Below are positions 38,783 through 47,109 of a stretch of DNA of 62,527 nucleotides, in pieces (position 1 is the first letter of the stretch; each line of letters starts with the position of its first letter). The translations under genes and the position numbers were made by a program. The DNA lies in contig JBMFRC010000017.1 of the NCBI GenBank assembly GCA_049968235.1, positions 1 to 62,527 of the forward strand, given 5' to 3'. The stretch comes from Candidatus Hydrogenedens sp. (GTDB lineage: Bacteria > Hydrogenedentota > Hydrogenedentia > Hydrogenedentales > Hydrogenedentaceae). The notes under the pieces are model-generated. The model made no database searches. It saw only the letters and a program-made list of their open reading frames with translations, and was not told the DNA's origin.

Positions 38783-40270
38783 ATGAAAACACCGCATATC
38801 GTTATTATAGGTGCAGGACCGGGAGGATTAACCGCAGGGATGATACTAGTAAATAAAGGTTTTGATGTAACTATATTTGAAAAAGACGAGACAATCGGAG
38901 GACGCAATAAATGTCTGATATTAGGGGATTATAAGTTCGATTTAGGACCAACTTTTTTGATGATGAGATATGTATTAGAACAGATTTTTCAATTAGCAGG
39001 TAAGAACGTTCATGATTATTTAAAAATTATTCGCTTAGACCCAATGTATCGTTTGTCATTTAAAAATTATTTTCTGGATGTTACGGACAACCATGATGAA
39101 ATGGCTCAGAGAATAGAGAAACTGTTTCCAGGTGCAAAAACAGGATTTGAAAATTTCATGAAGAGAGAAGATATTCGGTTTAGATACATGAAAAAGTGTT
39201 TAGAAAAACCATATCTTTCTATTTTTAATATGGTGGGGAAAAATTTAGTTATGGCTCTTCCACATCTTGCAATAGGAAGAACTGTTAATGATGTACTTAC
39301 AGATTATTTTAATGAAGAAAATCTAAGAATCTGTTTCTGTTTTCAAAGTAAATATTTAGGCATGTCTCCATGGGAATGTCCCGGAGCCTTTGCTATGATT
39401 GCTTTTGTGGAACATAATTTTGGAATAGACCATATTCAGGGTGGTTTATCTGAAATTTCATCTGCTATGGAAAAAGTTTTTCAAGAGTTAGGAGGAAAAA
39501 TATACACGAATGCAAAAGTTAAACAAATAGAAGTGAAAAACCAAACTGCTACTGGTATTGTTTTAGAAGATGACACCCGAATAGAAGGAGATGAAATTAT
39601 TATCAACGCAGATTTCGCTTATGCCATGAGCACGCTCTTTGAACCAGGTCTCTTAAAAAAATATTCTGTAGAGAATCTTCGTAAGAAAAAATATTCCTGT
39701 TCTACATTCATGTTATATCTCGGATTGGATAGGTTATATGACGAGGTTCATCATACAATACATTTTGCGGAAGATTATCATAAAAACACCGATGAAATAG
39801 CGAACAAGAAAATTCTATCTGAAGATTTTTCATTTTATGTTCGTAATGCAAGTATTACTGACCCTTCTTTAGCACCCGAAGGGCATTCCGCTTTATATAT
39901 ATTAGTTCCTGTTCCCAATAATACATCAGAAATCAATTGGGATAATATCAAAGACCACTATCGAGATAAAGTTATTGAAAAGATTAAAGAACGAACATCA
40001 ATGAAAGATATAGATAAACATATTAAAAAAGAGTATTGTATAACTCCATATGAATGGGAAAATATGGGAGTATTTAATGGTGCTACTTTTAATTTAGCAC
40101 ATAATTTAATGCAAATGTTGTATTTTCGTCCACACAATAAATTTGAAGAAATAGACCATTGTTATTTAGTAGGAGGTGGAACGCATCCGGGAAGCGGTTT
40201 GCCAACTATATATGAATCAGGGAGAATAACTTCAGAATTAATAATGAGAAAGTATGGAATTGTAAATTAA
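38783..40270 (+). CDS. FAD-dependent oxidoreductase of the phytoene desaturase (CrtI) family.
   Basis: HIVIIGAGPGGLTAGMILVNKGFDVTIFEKDETIGGR dinucleotide motif. C-terminal YLVGGGTHPGSGLPTIYESG family signature. 495 aa. Confidence 0.75.
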   Translation: MKTPHIVIIGAGPGGLTAGMILVNKGFDVTIFEKDETIGGRNKCLILGDYKFDLGPTFLMMRYVLEQIFQLAGKNVHDYLKIIRLDPMYRLSFKNYFLDVTDNHDEMAQRIEKLFPGAKTGFENFMKREDIRFRYMKKCLEKPYLSIFNMVGKNLVMALPHLAIGRTVNDVLTDYFNEENLRICFCFQSKYLGMSPWECPGAFAMIAFVEHNFGIDHIQGGLSEISSAMEKVFQELGGKIYTNAKVKQIEVKNQTATGIVLEDDTRIEGDEIIINADFAYAMSTLFEPGLLKKYSVENLRKKKYSCSTFMLYLGLDRLYDEVHHTIHFAEDYHKNTDEIANKKILSEDFSFYVRNASITDPSLAPEGHSALYILVPVPNNTSEINWDNIKDHYRDKVIEKIKERTSMKDIDKHIKKEYCITPYEWENMGVFNGATFNLAHNLMQMLYFRPHNKFEEIDHCYLVGGGTHPGSGLPTIYESGRITSELIMRKYGIVN

Positions 40271-40341
40271 TTATTTTGCTTTTCGATAAAAATTGACTAA
40301 AATAAAAAAATGGCTAAAATTATATTGCGTGGAAATTAAAT

Positions 40342-41799
40342 ATGTCGGATGAAGAAATAAATATAAGCGAATTGGAAGAAAAAAAAGAGAATAAAAAGGA
40401 AAAGGAATTATTTAAATACAAGCCCACGGTTCCTATTTTACTTAGAGTTTCTGAAGATAAGATGCAAATGCTTATGAGTGGGGATATTCGGGGTTGGAAA
40501 AAGGATGAACTATTAGAATATCTTGAAGGGAAACTGAAGGAAGAAAAAATACTTGAACCAGATATTATTGGAAATGCAAAGAACCGTCTTTTAGAAATTA
40601 TTGAGAAGGGAGAAATTTTTGAGAATATTATATTGTTACGCGGTAAACAACCAGTTCCACCCGTTGAAGGAAGAATTGATTGGAAACAGGATTTCTTTGC
40701 CGAAGGCTATGAAATAGACCCTGAAACAGGGATGATGGATTATCGAAAGCCTAAAGCACAATTAAATGTAAAAGCGGGACAACTTTTAGCCATTGTTATT
40801 CTTCCTAAAGAAGGAGAAGATGGAGTTGATGTGTTCGGGAAAATTATCCCTGCTCCGAAACCCAAACCAATCCGTTTGAGGGCAGGTAGAAATGTAAAAG
40901 TAGATGAAACAAATACTCGTTTTTTTGCAGTAATTGATGGCAGGTTTCGTTTAGAAGACGATATTATTCACATAGACAATTATCTGGAGATTCAGGGTAG
41001 TGTCGGTTTAGAAACGGGAAATATAAGTCATTTAGGGTATTTAGTTATTAATAAGAATGTTGAATCTGATAGTGTTGTTCATGCGGAAGGGGATATAGAA
41101 ATAAAAGGATATGTGGAACAAGCAGATATAACGACCAAAGGAAAATTATTAGTTCAAGGTGGTATTACAGGTGGTTTTGAAAAAAAAGTTATTGCAAAAG
41201 GGACAATAACAGCAAAATATTTTTTAAACTTGCTTGCTGAATCTGAAGAAGGTGTATATGTGGGGAAAGAAATAGACCAGTCCTTTGTTCGTTCTCGAGG
41301 ACCTGTAATCGTGGGAGGAAGAATTGTTGGTGGAGAAATTATCGCTTTAGGTGAAGTAAAGGCAGACCAGATAGGGAGTGAAGCCTGTATAAAAACAACG
41401 TTAGTCCTTGGCGAAGACTATTTTTTACCGCGTTATATCAAGCCTTTTGAAGATGAAAAAAAAGAGAAGGAGGAACTTTTGAAAAAGATTGTAAAAGGTA
41501 TTAAACCTTTACAAAATCGGTGGCAATCGTTACCTCAGGATGCTAAAAACGCATATGTAAAACTTGTCCAGCAGGCTAAAACAATAAAAGAAAGTATTGA
41601 TGAACTGGATAAGAAAATTAATGAATTAACAGAAAAATCTAGGAAAAAATCTCTACCCCAAGCCATTGCAAGAAAACATCTTTATCCGGAAGTATTTATA
41701 AAAATAGGGGATAAAACATTTCAGACACGAGAATATATCAAAGGTCCTGTTAAAGTAGCACTCGTAACAGGAGAAATTCATCTTCTGGCAGTGTCTTAG
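40342..41799 (+). CDS. FapA/DUF342-family protein (flagellar-assembly-protein-A-like).
   Basis: N-terminal domain, then a repetitive beta-solenoid-like region: VKAGQLLAIVILPKEGEDGVDVFGKIIPAPKPKPIRLRAGRNVKVDE...GDIEIKGYVEQADITTKGKLLVQGGITGG. C-terminal coiled coil. Confidence 0.55.
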   Translation: MSDEEINISELEEKKENKKEKELFKYKPTVPILLRVSEDKMQMLMSGDIRGWKKDELLEYLEGKLKEEKILEPDIIGNAKNRLLEIIEKGEIFENIILLRGKQPVPPVEGRIDWKQDFFAEGYEIDPETGMMDYRKPKAQLNVKAGQLLAIVILPKEGEDGVDVFGKIIPAPKPKPIRLRAGRNVKVDETNTRFFAVIDGRFRLEDDIIHIDNYLEIQGSVGLETGNISHLGYLVINKNVESDSVVHAEGDIEIKGYVEQADITTKGKLLVQGGITGGFEKKVIAKGTITAKYFLNLLAESEEGVYVGKEIDQSFVRSRGPVIVGGRIVGGEIIALGEVKADQIGSEACIKTTLVLGEDYFLPRYIKPFEDEKKEKEELLKKIVKGIKPLQNRWQSLPQDAKNAYVKLVQQAKTIKESIDELDKKINELTEKSRKKSLPQAIARKHLYPEVFIKIGDKTFQTREYIKGPVKVALVTGEIHLLAVS

Positions 41800-41817
41800 A
41801 AGTATATATTGAAAATC

Positions 41818-44517
41818 CTATGCACCTCCGGGAGCAAAACCATCTTCTGTATTTGGGTCCTGATGATAATAACCACCAGAACTATTAAACAACTGAATAA
41901 CACGCAATATCTCGTTTAGATTTATTTGAAAGTCAGGTGGATTGTAATCTGCAGTATGGTTGGAGCAATTTCTGGGTCCGGTTGGGATTGGTGCATATCC
42001 ATCTTCCGTTCCCTGTTTACACGAATAACCTCCTGCATTGTAAAATTGAATTACACGAAGAAGTTCAACTAACTCAATTCGCCAATTGCCATTAGTATCA
42101 CAGTTATGGTAAGGTAAAACTTCTCCTTCCGCTTGTCCTTCGGGTATCCCCTCAGGTGTTCCTTCTAATGTTCCTTCTGTCGTTCCTTCAGAAATACCTT
42201 CAATAGTCCCTTCATTTCCACATGCGTTGAATATCAATACCCATTCTTCTACACGTCCCTGGCCTCCTGAAACAGCATCTGCAACCTGAAGTGTCCATGT
42301 GCCATACATATTTTCACCAGTGAAAGTTGATAGTGGCATAGCAGGTGCGAATACGCCTGTATAAGGACTTGAACCTGCTTCAAGAGATATAGATGATGAA
42401 TCGGAGAATACCGTATTTACCATATTGATACCCCCTTGCGGAACGGATGTGAATAAAAGGACCTCAGTTCCTAAAGGAGATATCAGTTTCATTCTTAATT
42501 GACTGACATCCGGATGAGTTACCGTTACACGAATTTTCACATTTTGAATAATTCTTGAAAGAGGAACTTGTAAAGGTAAGAAACTATTACCCGGGTCTAA
42601 TAATGTAGAAAAATGATTGGTTTTGAATTCAACATCACAATCCGGATATTGAATTTCCCCTTCTCCTTCTACGGGTGTTCCTTCCCCTTCTCCTTCTTCT
42701 CCTTCAGGTTCTTCACCTTCTAATGTTCCCTCGAAGGTTGTCCGGGGGCATATTCCATCGTAGCCAACCCAACACCCTTTTGCTTCTAAAAGTGGTATTT
42801 GTTCACATAACACTGATTCAGGTAAAGGATTCCCTTCTAAACCTATCTCATCACCTGAACCTAAACCTACATTCTGGATTAGTGATTGAATATCTTCAAT
42901 TTGATTGTCCCATAAGAATAAATGTTCTAAATTTTCTAAGTTTTGTAGAGCATGTATATCGGATATGTTATTTCGTCCTAAATTGAGTAGTTTAAGTCCG
43001 AATAATGAACTTAAAGGTGAAATATCAGTAATATTATTATTCCATAAAATAAGTGTCTCTAAATTTCTGATTTTATAAATTCCCGTCAAATTTTGAATAT
43101 TACGAGAAGAAGCGTTAAGGGTCTTCAAAATAACAAGGTCACCTTCATAAATATCTTTTGTTTGTTCGTACCCCAGTGCATCTTTTACTGCTGCTTCTAA
43201 ATTGGGGTCATCAAAATGAACTACTTCTCCGGCACCGAAAACATCAATTAGAACTTTTTGGGATAACACCTCTTCTGTTCCGGATACTGCTCTGCATTGA
43301 TATTCACCCTGACTGGAACCTGATATAGGGTTAATAACCCATTGATTTGAATTCGGTCCTGAAATAACACCGTTATGACTCCAGTAAAAAGTCGGTACTG
43401 TCGTTCCACCTTTTACTTTAAATAAAAGCACCGCCTCTTCACCCACATTATACAAACCACCAACAGGTTGAATGAGTATCTGGAGAGGGACTTTACGTAC
43501 ACCCAGATATACGCCCCATGATTGTCTTCCTCCTAATCGAGTTGATGGGTTATAAATTGATGCAGAATCAGAAACCGCAATAGAAAATCGTGCATTGTCT
43601 AAGATTGTTGCATAAGGAATAATATAAGTTGAAGAATTGGGTCCCACAATTTCAAATGATGAAGGGAAAGAGTAACCGTTTGAATCTGTTCTTAACCACT
43701 GGAAGGTTAAAGGACCATCTCCTCCGGTTACCTGTACAGAAAGTGTCGCCTGGTCTCCTGTATCAATAACACCTGGATTTGCCCCAATACCTATTATTCT
43801 CGGAGGAGGAACAATACTACATCTACTAAACCATACTTCGCGTGTACCTGCCCCGGAATATGCCTGGATATTCGTTTGTCCATTTCCATCTATATCTCCA
43901 CCTGCACCTAAATAATTGGTTCCTGTATTTCCAAATGTTACATAACGACTCGGTCCAAAATTAATATAGTCATCTAAATTAATATAATTTAAAGCCCAAC
44001 CATAACCTTCCCGTTCTGCAAAATATCGCACAAGGTCTTTTAAGAAATTATTCAGAAAATTAAATGTTACAGAATCTCCACAAGTCATATAGCCCGCAAG
44101 GAAATACTGAACCGCAAAAGCAAGGAGAGGGTCCTTGTTACGAAGTTCATTAATTACATCAAAGTGCATTGTTTGCCCTAATACATTCAAAGTAATATTT
44201 AAGTCTCTTTCTACTTGTTGCATATTGGCTCGAAAGCCTTCTTGTATGGATATAATTCTGTCTAAAGGAATTTGCGGAGAATTATTTAACAAGACTGCAG
44301 ATAGTAATCCAAGATGGTCTTCCTCTTTTAGTCCATTACCATCACGGTCAGCTCCATAAATATGAGCAAATCTTCCAGGTGCCATGTCATCTAAGGTATA
44401 GTCAACTGCCCATAAAATATAATCATAATCTACATCGATGCGGTCTGTGTATCCTGAAAATGAATATATCAATGAGATTGCCAGGATTAGAATGTTAAGT
44501 AAGTTTCTAACTTTCAT
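41818..44517 (-). CDS. Large secreted surface protein: internalin-like LRR region, Ig-like domains, proprotein-convertase P-domain, Glu/Gly linkers, and a C-terminal tandem EF-hand/dockerin-like module.
   Basis: Signal MKVRNLLNILILAISLIYSFS, with Shine-Dalgarno GGAGG before the internal ATG at 44517. 22-aa LRRs NLETLILWNNNITDISPLSSLFGLKLLNLGRNNISDIHALQNLENLEHLFLWDNQIEDIQSL. Ig-like FQWLRTDSNG and GEYQCRAVSG. P-domain IRVTVTHPDVSQLRMKLISPLGTEVLLF...GTWTLQVADAVSGGQG. C-terminal DTNGNWRIELVELLRVIQFYN...EDGYAP and a second copy. Confidence 0.7.
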   Translation of the reverse strand: MKVRNLLNILILAISLIYSFSGYTDRIDVDYDYILWAVDYTLDDMAPGRFAHIYGADRDGNGLKEEDHLGLLSAVLLNNSPQIPLDRIISIQEGFRANMQQVERDLNITLNVLGQTMHFDVINELRNKDPLLAFAVQYFLAGYMTCGDSVTFNFLNNFLKDLVRYFAEREGYGWALNYINLDDYINFGPSRYVTFGNTGTNYLGAGGDIDGNGQTNIQAYSGAGTREVWFSRCSIVPPPRIIGIGANPGVIDTGDQATLSVQVTGGDGPLTFQWLRTDSNGYSFPSSFEIVGPNSSTYIIPYATILDNARFSIAVSDSASIYNPSTRLGGRQSWGVYLGVRKVPLQILIQPVGGLYNVGEEAVLLFKVKGGTTVPTFYWSHNGVISGPNSNQWVINPISGSSQGEYQCRAVSGTEEVLSQKVLIDVFGAGEVVHFDDPNLEAAVKDALGYEQTKDIYEGDLVILKTLNASSRNIQNLTGIYKIRNLETLILWNNNITDISPLSSLFGLKLLNLGRNNISDIHALQNLENLEHLFLWDNQIEDIQSLIQNVGLGSGDEIGLEGNPLPESVLCEQIPLLEAKGCWVGYDGICPRTTFEGTLEGEEPEGEEGEGEGTPVEGEGEIQYPDCDVEFKTNHFSTLLDPGNSFLPLQVPLSRIIQNVKIRVTVTHPDVSQLRMKLISPLGTEVLLFTSVPQGGINMVNTVFSDSSSISLEAGSSPYTGVFAPAMPLSTFTGENMYGTWTLQVADAVSGGQGRVEEWVLIFNACGNEGTIEGISEGTTEGTLEGTPEGIPEGQAEGEVLPYHNCDTNGNWRIELVELLRVIQFYNAGGYSCKQGTEDGYAPIPTGPRNCSNHTADYNPPDFQINLNEILRVIQLFNSSGGYYHQDPNTEDGFAPGGA

Positions 44518-44771
44518 ATTTTGCCTCCAAATTATATACATATTTTTATTTATTCCTGATTAAATATTATATCCTATTTTTATTATATAACAAATCCATT
44601 AACAAAAATTAAATTAAAATGCCAAATTTTTAACATAATATTTTTGTATAAAAATATGTGATTCTTTATTGTAAAAATTGAAAAACAAGTTTGTTTTATT
44701 TTATATTTTAGTTTATACTTATATTGTGATTTAATTATGATATTTTTTAATTAAAAATAAAGGTAAATCAG

Positions 44772-46982
44772 ATGACAATGAAAGAGAGTAGATATAAAAT
44801 GAAAATCGAGTTTCTATTTTTTTTATTTTTATTCACAATATTTTGTTTATTTCCTCCTGTCTATGCTCAAGATATATTCGGATTGCTTTACAACGCTAAT
44901 GAAGGTTCTGGACATCAGGACCGTCCTTTAAATCTTGCAAATCGAACAGGGAACATTACAATTGATACAGACTCTATGTTGATATATGGCGATATTACTC
45001 CGACTCGTTATGGAGAAGAAGTGGCAGGAGTATGTGTGTTTCGTTTTAGTTATGTTAATTTAGGTCCTAATGTAAATGTAACAATTCAAGGGAAACGACC
45101 TCTGGCAATATTGTCTGCGACAGATATGGTTATCAATACAAATTTGATAGTTGCCCCTGGAACATTAGGAGGTGCTTTTGGTGGAGAAGGGGGCAAAGGT
45201 GGAGAAGGAGGTAAAGCAGGTAGTGGAATGGGTGCAGAAGGGGGTTTTGGTGGAAATGCAGGAGCGGGTGGCTTGGGTTACGATGAAGCAAGTAATGGTC
45301 ATGCGGGAACAGTTGGAACAAAAGGGAATAATTCGGGTCCTGGAACATGGGAAGGAGAATTTATCCCGGAAGGTGGAAGTGGTGAAAATGGCAAAGCAGG
45401 AAAGAACGGACAATGTTATATTTCTGCCAGTTCTTTGCTTATAGCAGGGGGTAGTGGAGGAGGTGGTGGCGGCGGTGGCGGCGGAAGAGGAGGTTCTGGT
45501 GATGGTGGCGGTGGCGGAGGTGGTGGTTCTGGAGGCGGTGGTGGTGGTGCTTTCACATTAATTCTTCCTACGGAAAAATCAGGTGAAGGGGGTGGGATTG
45601 GAACCTCTGTTGGTGGTGCCGGTGGAGATGGAGGTAGCGGTGGAAATGGTGGCACTGGGGCTTTAGGTGGTGCTGGAGGAGATAATTATCCATTAGGTTC
45701 TAAAGAGGTTGTTACACTGTTCATAAAAGATTATGGAGAAAATGGTGGAGATGGAGGCAAAGGTGGAACAGGTGGTGGTGCATTAATTTTAGGTGCAAGA
45801 GGAATGCTAACGCTTGGTAATAATATCATCATAGATATATCTGCTGGAATACCCGAAAATGGAACGACAGGTACAGGTGGTGGAGCAGGAGGGAGAGGAG
45901 GATATGGAACACCCGGTATGCTAAAACTTCAAGGTTCTCTTATTAACCTTCCTGCGGGTGTCTTACGCCCAACAATTAAAGCCAATTATTCGGGTGACCT
46001 TTACGCAGAATCAAATGGCAGGGTAACTTTAATCACAAATATGTCCCAATATTTACTTGGTTTTAGATTACCGAATTTTTCTAATCCGGGGACATTAATT
46101 GGTTGGACATTAAACAATTCTGTTTTGAGAGATTATAATGTGTTTAATCCGACAGAAGATACTCCCCTGATACCTGAATTAAGTTCCGGGCTTAATGTCG
46201 AAGGGTATTTGAATAATAATGTGCTTTATGAAAACATTATAGAAGCCACAGAACCGGAATCTGTTGTAAGAAATGTTGAACTCAAAAGAATTACCGGAAT
46301 TAATTCATATTTTGAAGGTTTTGACCATATTATTTTGATTAATCAGGGAGAGATTTATTTATCACGAGTATATTTAAAAGTAGGAAGTAATAATCCTATG
46401 CCTATTGGTTTTGGAACGGGAGACCTTGCAGTTGGTGCACGATGGACAACTTTAATTCCAACGACAAATCCTCTTACTGATGTAGAAGTAATAATTTTAG
46501 ATAATATTCCCGGGGAAGGTGAAGGGGTGTCAGAAGGAATAGTCGAAGGTGAAGGAGTAATAGAAGGAATAGCAGAAGGGGAGGGGATAGCCGAAGGTAT
46601 TATGGAAGGCGAAGGGCAACAGGAAGGAACTATTGAAGGAGCATCTGATGGTGAAGGAGTAGTAGAGGGAAGTTCAGAAGGGGAAATATGCACATATCAT
46701 TCTGCAGATACAAATAAAGACTGGATAATCAATCTTGCCGAATTGTTAAGAGCTATACAATTATTTAATTCTAATCAATATCATTGTGATGAAGCTACGG
46801 AGGATGGGTATGCTCCGGGAGCCGGATTACAAAATTGTCAACCCCATAAAAGTGATTATAGTCCTGTGTCCTGGAAAATAGAATTAAATGAACTATTGAG
46901 GCTTATACAATTTTTTAATTCCCCCGGAAGTAGATACCATTGTGATACGAATGGCGAAGATGGATACAATCCGGGAATATAA
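44772..46982 (+). CDS. Secreted Gly-rich surface protein; paralog of the N-terminal part of the 47110 gene, with the same C-terminal tandem EF-hand/dockerin-like module as the 41818 gene.
   Basis: Signal MKIEFLFFLFLFTIFCLFPPVYA. Conserved block CVFRFSYVNLGPNVNVTIQGKRPLAILSATDMVIN. About 250 aa of GGxGG low complexity. GTPGMLKLQGS...NGRVTLITNM. EGEG linker. C-terminal ICTYHSADTNKDWIINLAELLRAIQLFNS...EDGYAPG, then NCQPHKSDYSPVSWKIELNELLRLIQFFNS...EDGYNPGI. Confidence 0.7.
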   Translation: MTMKESRYKMKIEFLFFLFLFTIFCLFPPVYAQDIFGLLYNANEGSGHQDRPLNLANRTGNITIDTDSMLIYGDITPTRYGEEVAGVCVFRFSYVNLGPNVNVTIQGKRPLAILSATDMVINTNLIVAPGTLGGAFGGEGGKGGEGGKAGSGMGAEGGFGGNAGAGGLGYDEASNGHAGTVGTKGNNSGPGTWEGEFIPEGGSGENGKAGKNGQCYISASSLLIAGGSGGGGGGGGGGRGGSGDGGGGGGGGSGGGGGGAFTLILPTEKSGEGGGIGTSVGGAGGDGGSGGNGGTGALGGAGGDNYPLGSKEVVTLFIKDYGENGGDGGKGGTGGGALILGARGMLTLGNNIIIDISAGIPENGTTGTGGGAGGRGGYGTPGMLKLQGSLINLPAGVLRPTIKANYSGDLYAESNGRVTLITNMSQYLLGFRLPNFSNPGTLIGWTLNNSVLRDYNVFNPTEDTPLIPELSSGLNVEGYLNNNVLYENIIEATEPESVVRNVELKRITGINSYFEGFDHIILINQGEIYLSRVYLKVGSNNPMPIGFGTGDLAVGARWTTLIPTTNPLTDVEVIILDNIPGEGEGVSEGIVEGEGVIEGIAEGEGIAEGIMEGEGQQEGTIEGASDGEGVVEGSSEGEICTYHSADTNKDWIINLAELLRAIQLFNSNQYHCDEATEDGYAPGAGLQNCQPHKSDYSPVSWKIELNELLRLIQFFNSPGSRYHCDTNGEDGYNPGI
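45440..45560 (+). repeat. (GGN)n glycine-codon microsatellite-like tract inside the 44772 gene.
   Basis: ggtagtggaggaggtggtggcggcggtggcggcggaagaggaggttctggtgatggtggcggtggcggaggtggtggttctggaggcggtggtggtggt, encoding GGSGGGGGGGGGGRGGSGDGGGGGGGGSGGGGGG. Confidence 0.8.
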
Positions 46983-47109
46983 AATATGGTATTATTTAAT
47001 AGTAAGTTTTTATTGACTTTTGAAATGAAAAAGGTTATAATAAAGTTAAATATAATTAAGGATTAATAATAATTATCAATAAACTACAATATACAAAGGA
47101 GGAAGGATA

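Noticed and set aside
45133-45655. Minus-strand ORFs (71-82 aa; Pro/His/Leu-rich, for example PPLPPSPPAPP…) antisense to the Gly-rich region of the 44772 gene.
   Set aside because: Reverse-complement reading of (GGN)n tracts gives (NCC)n, Pro-rich artefacts. They are fully embedded in a strongly supported plus-strand gene.
46355-46693. Minus-strand 112-aa ORF rich in P/S/T repeats.
   Set aside because: Antisense of the (GAAGG)n-like Glu/Gly linker-coding DNA of the 44772 gene.
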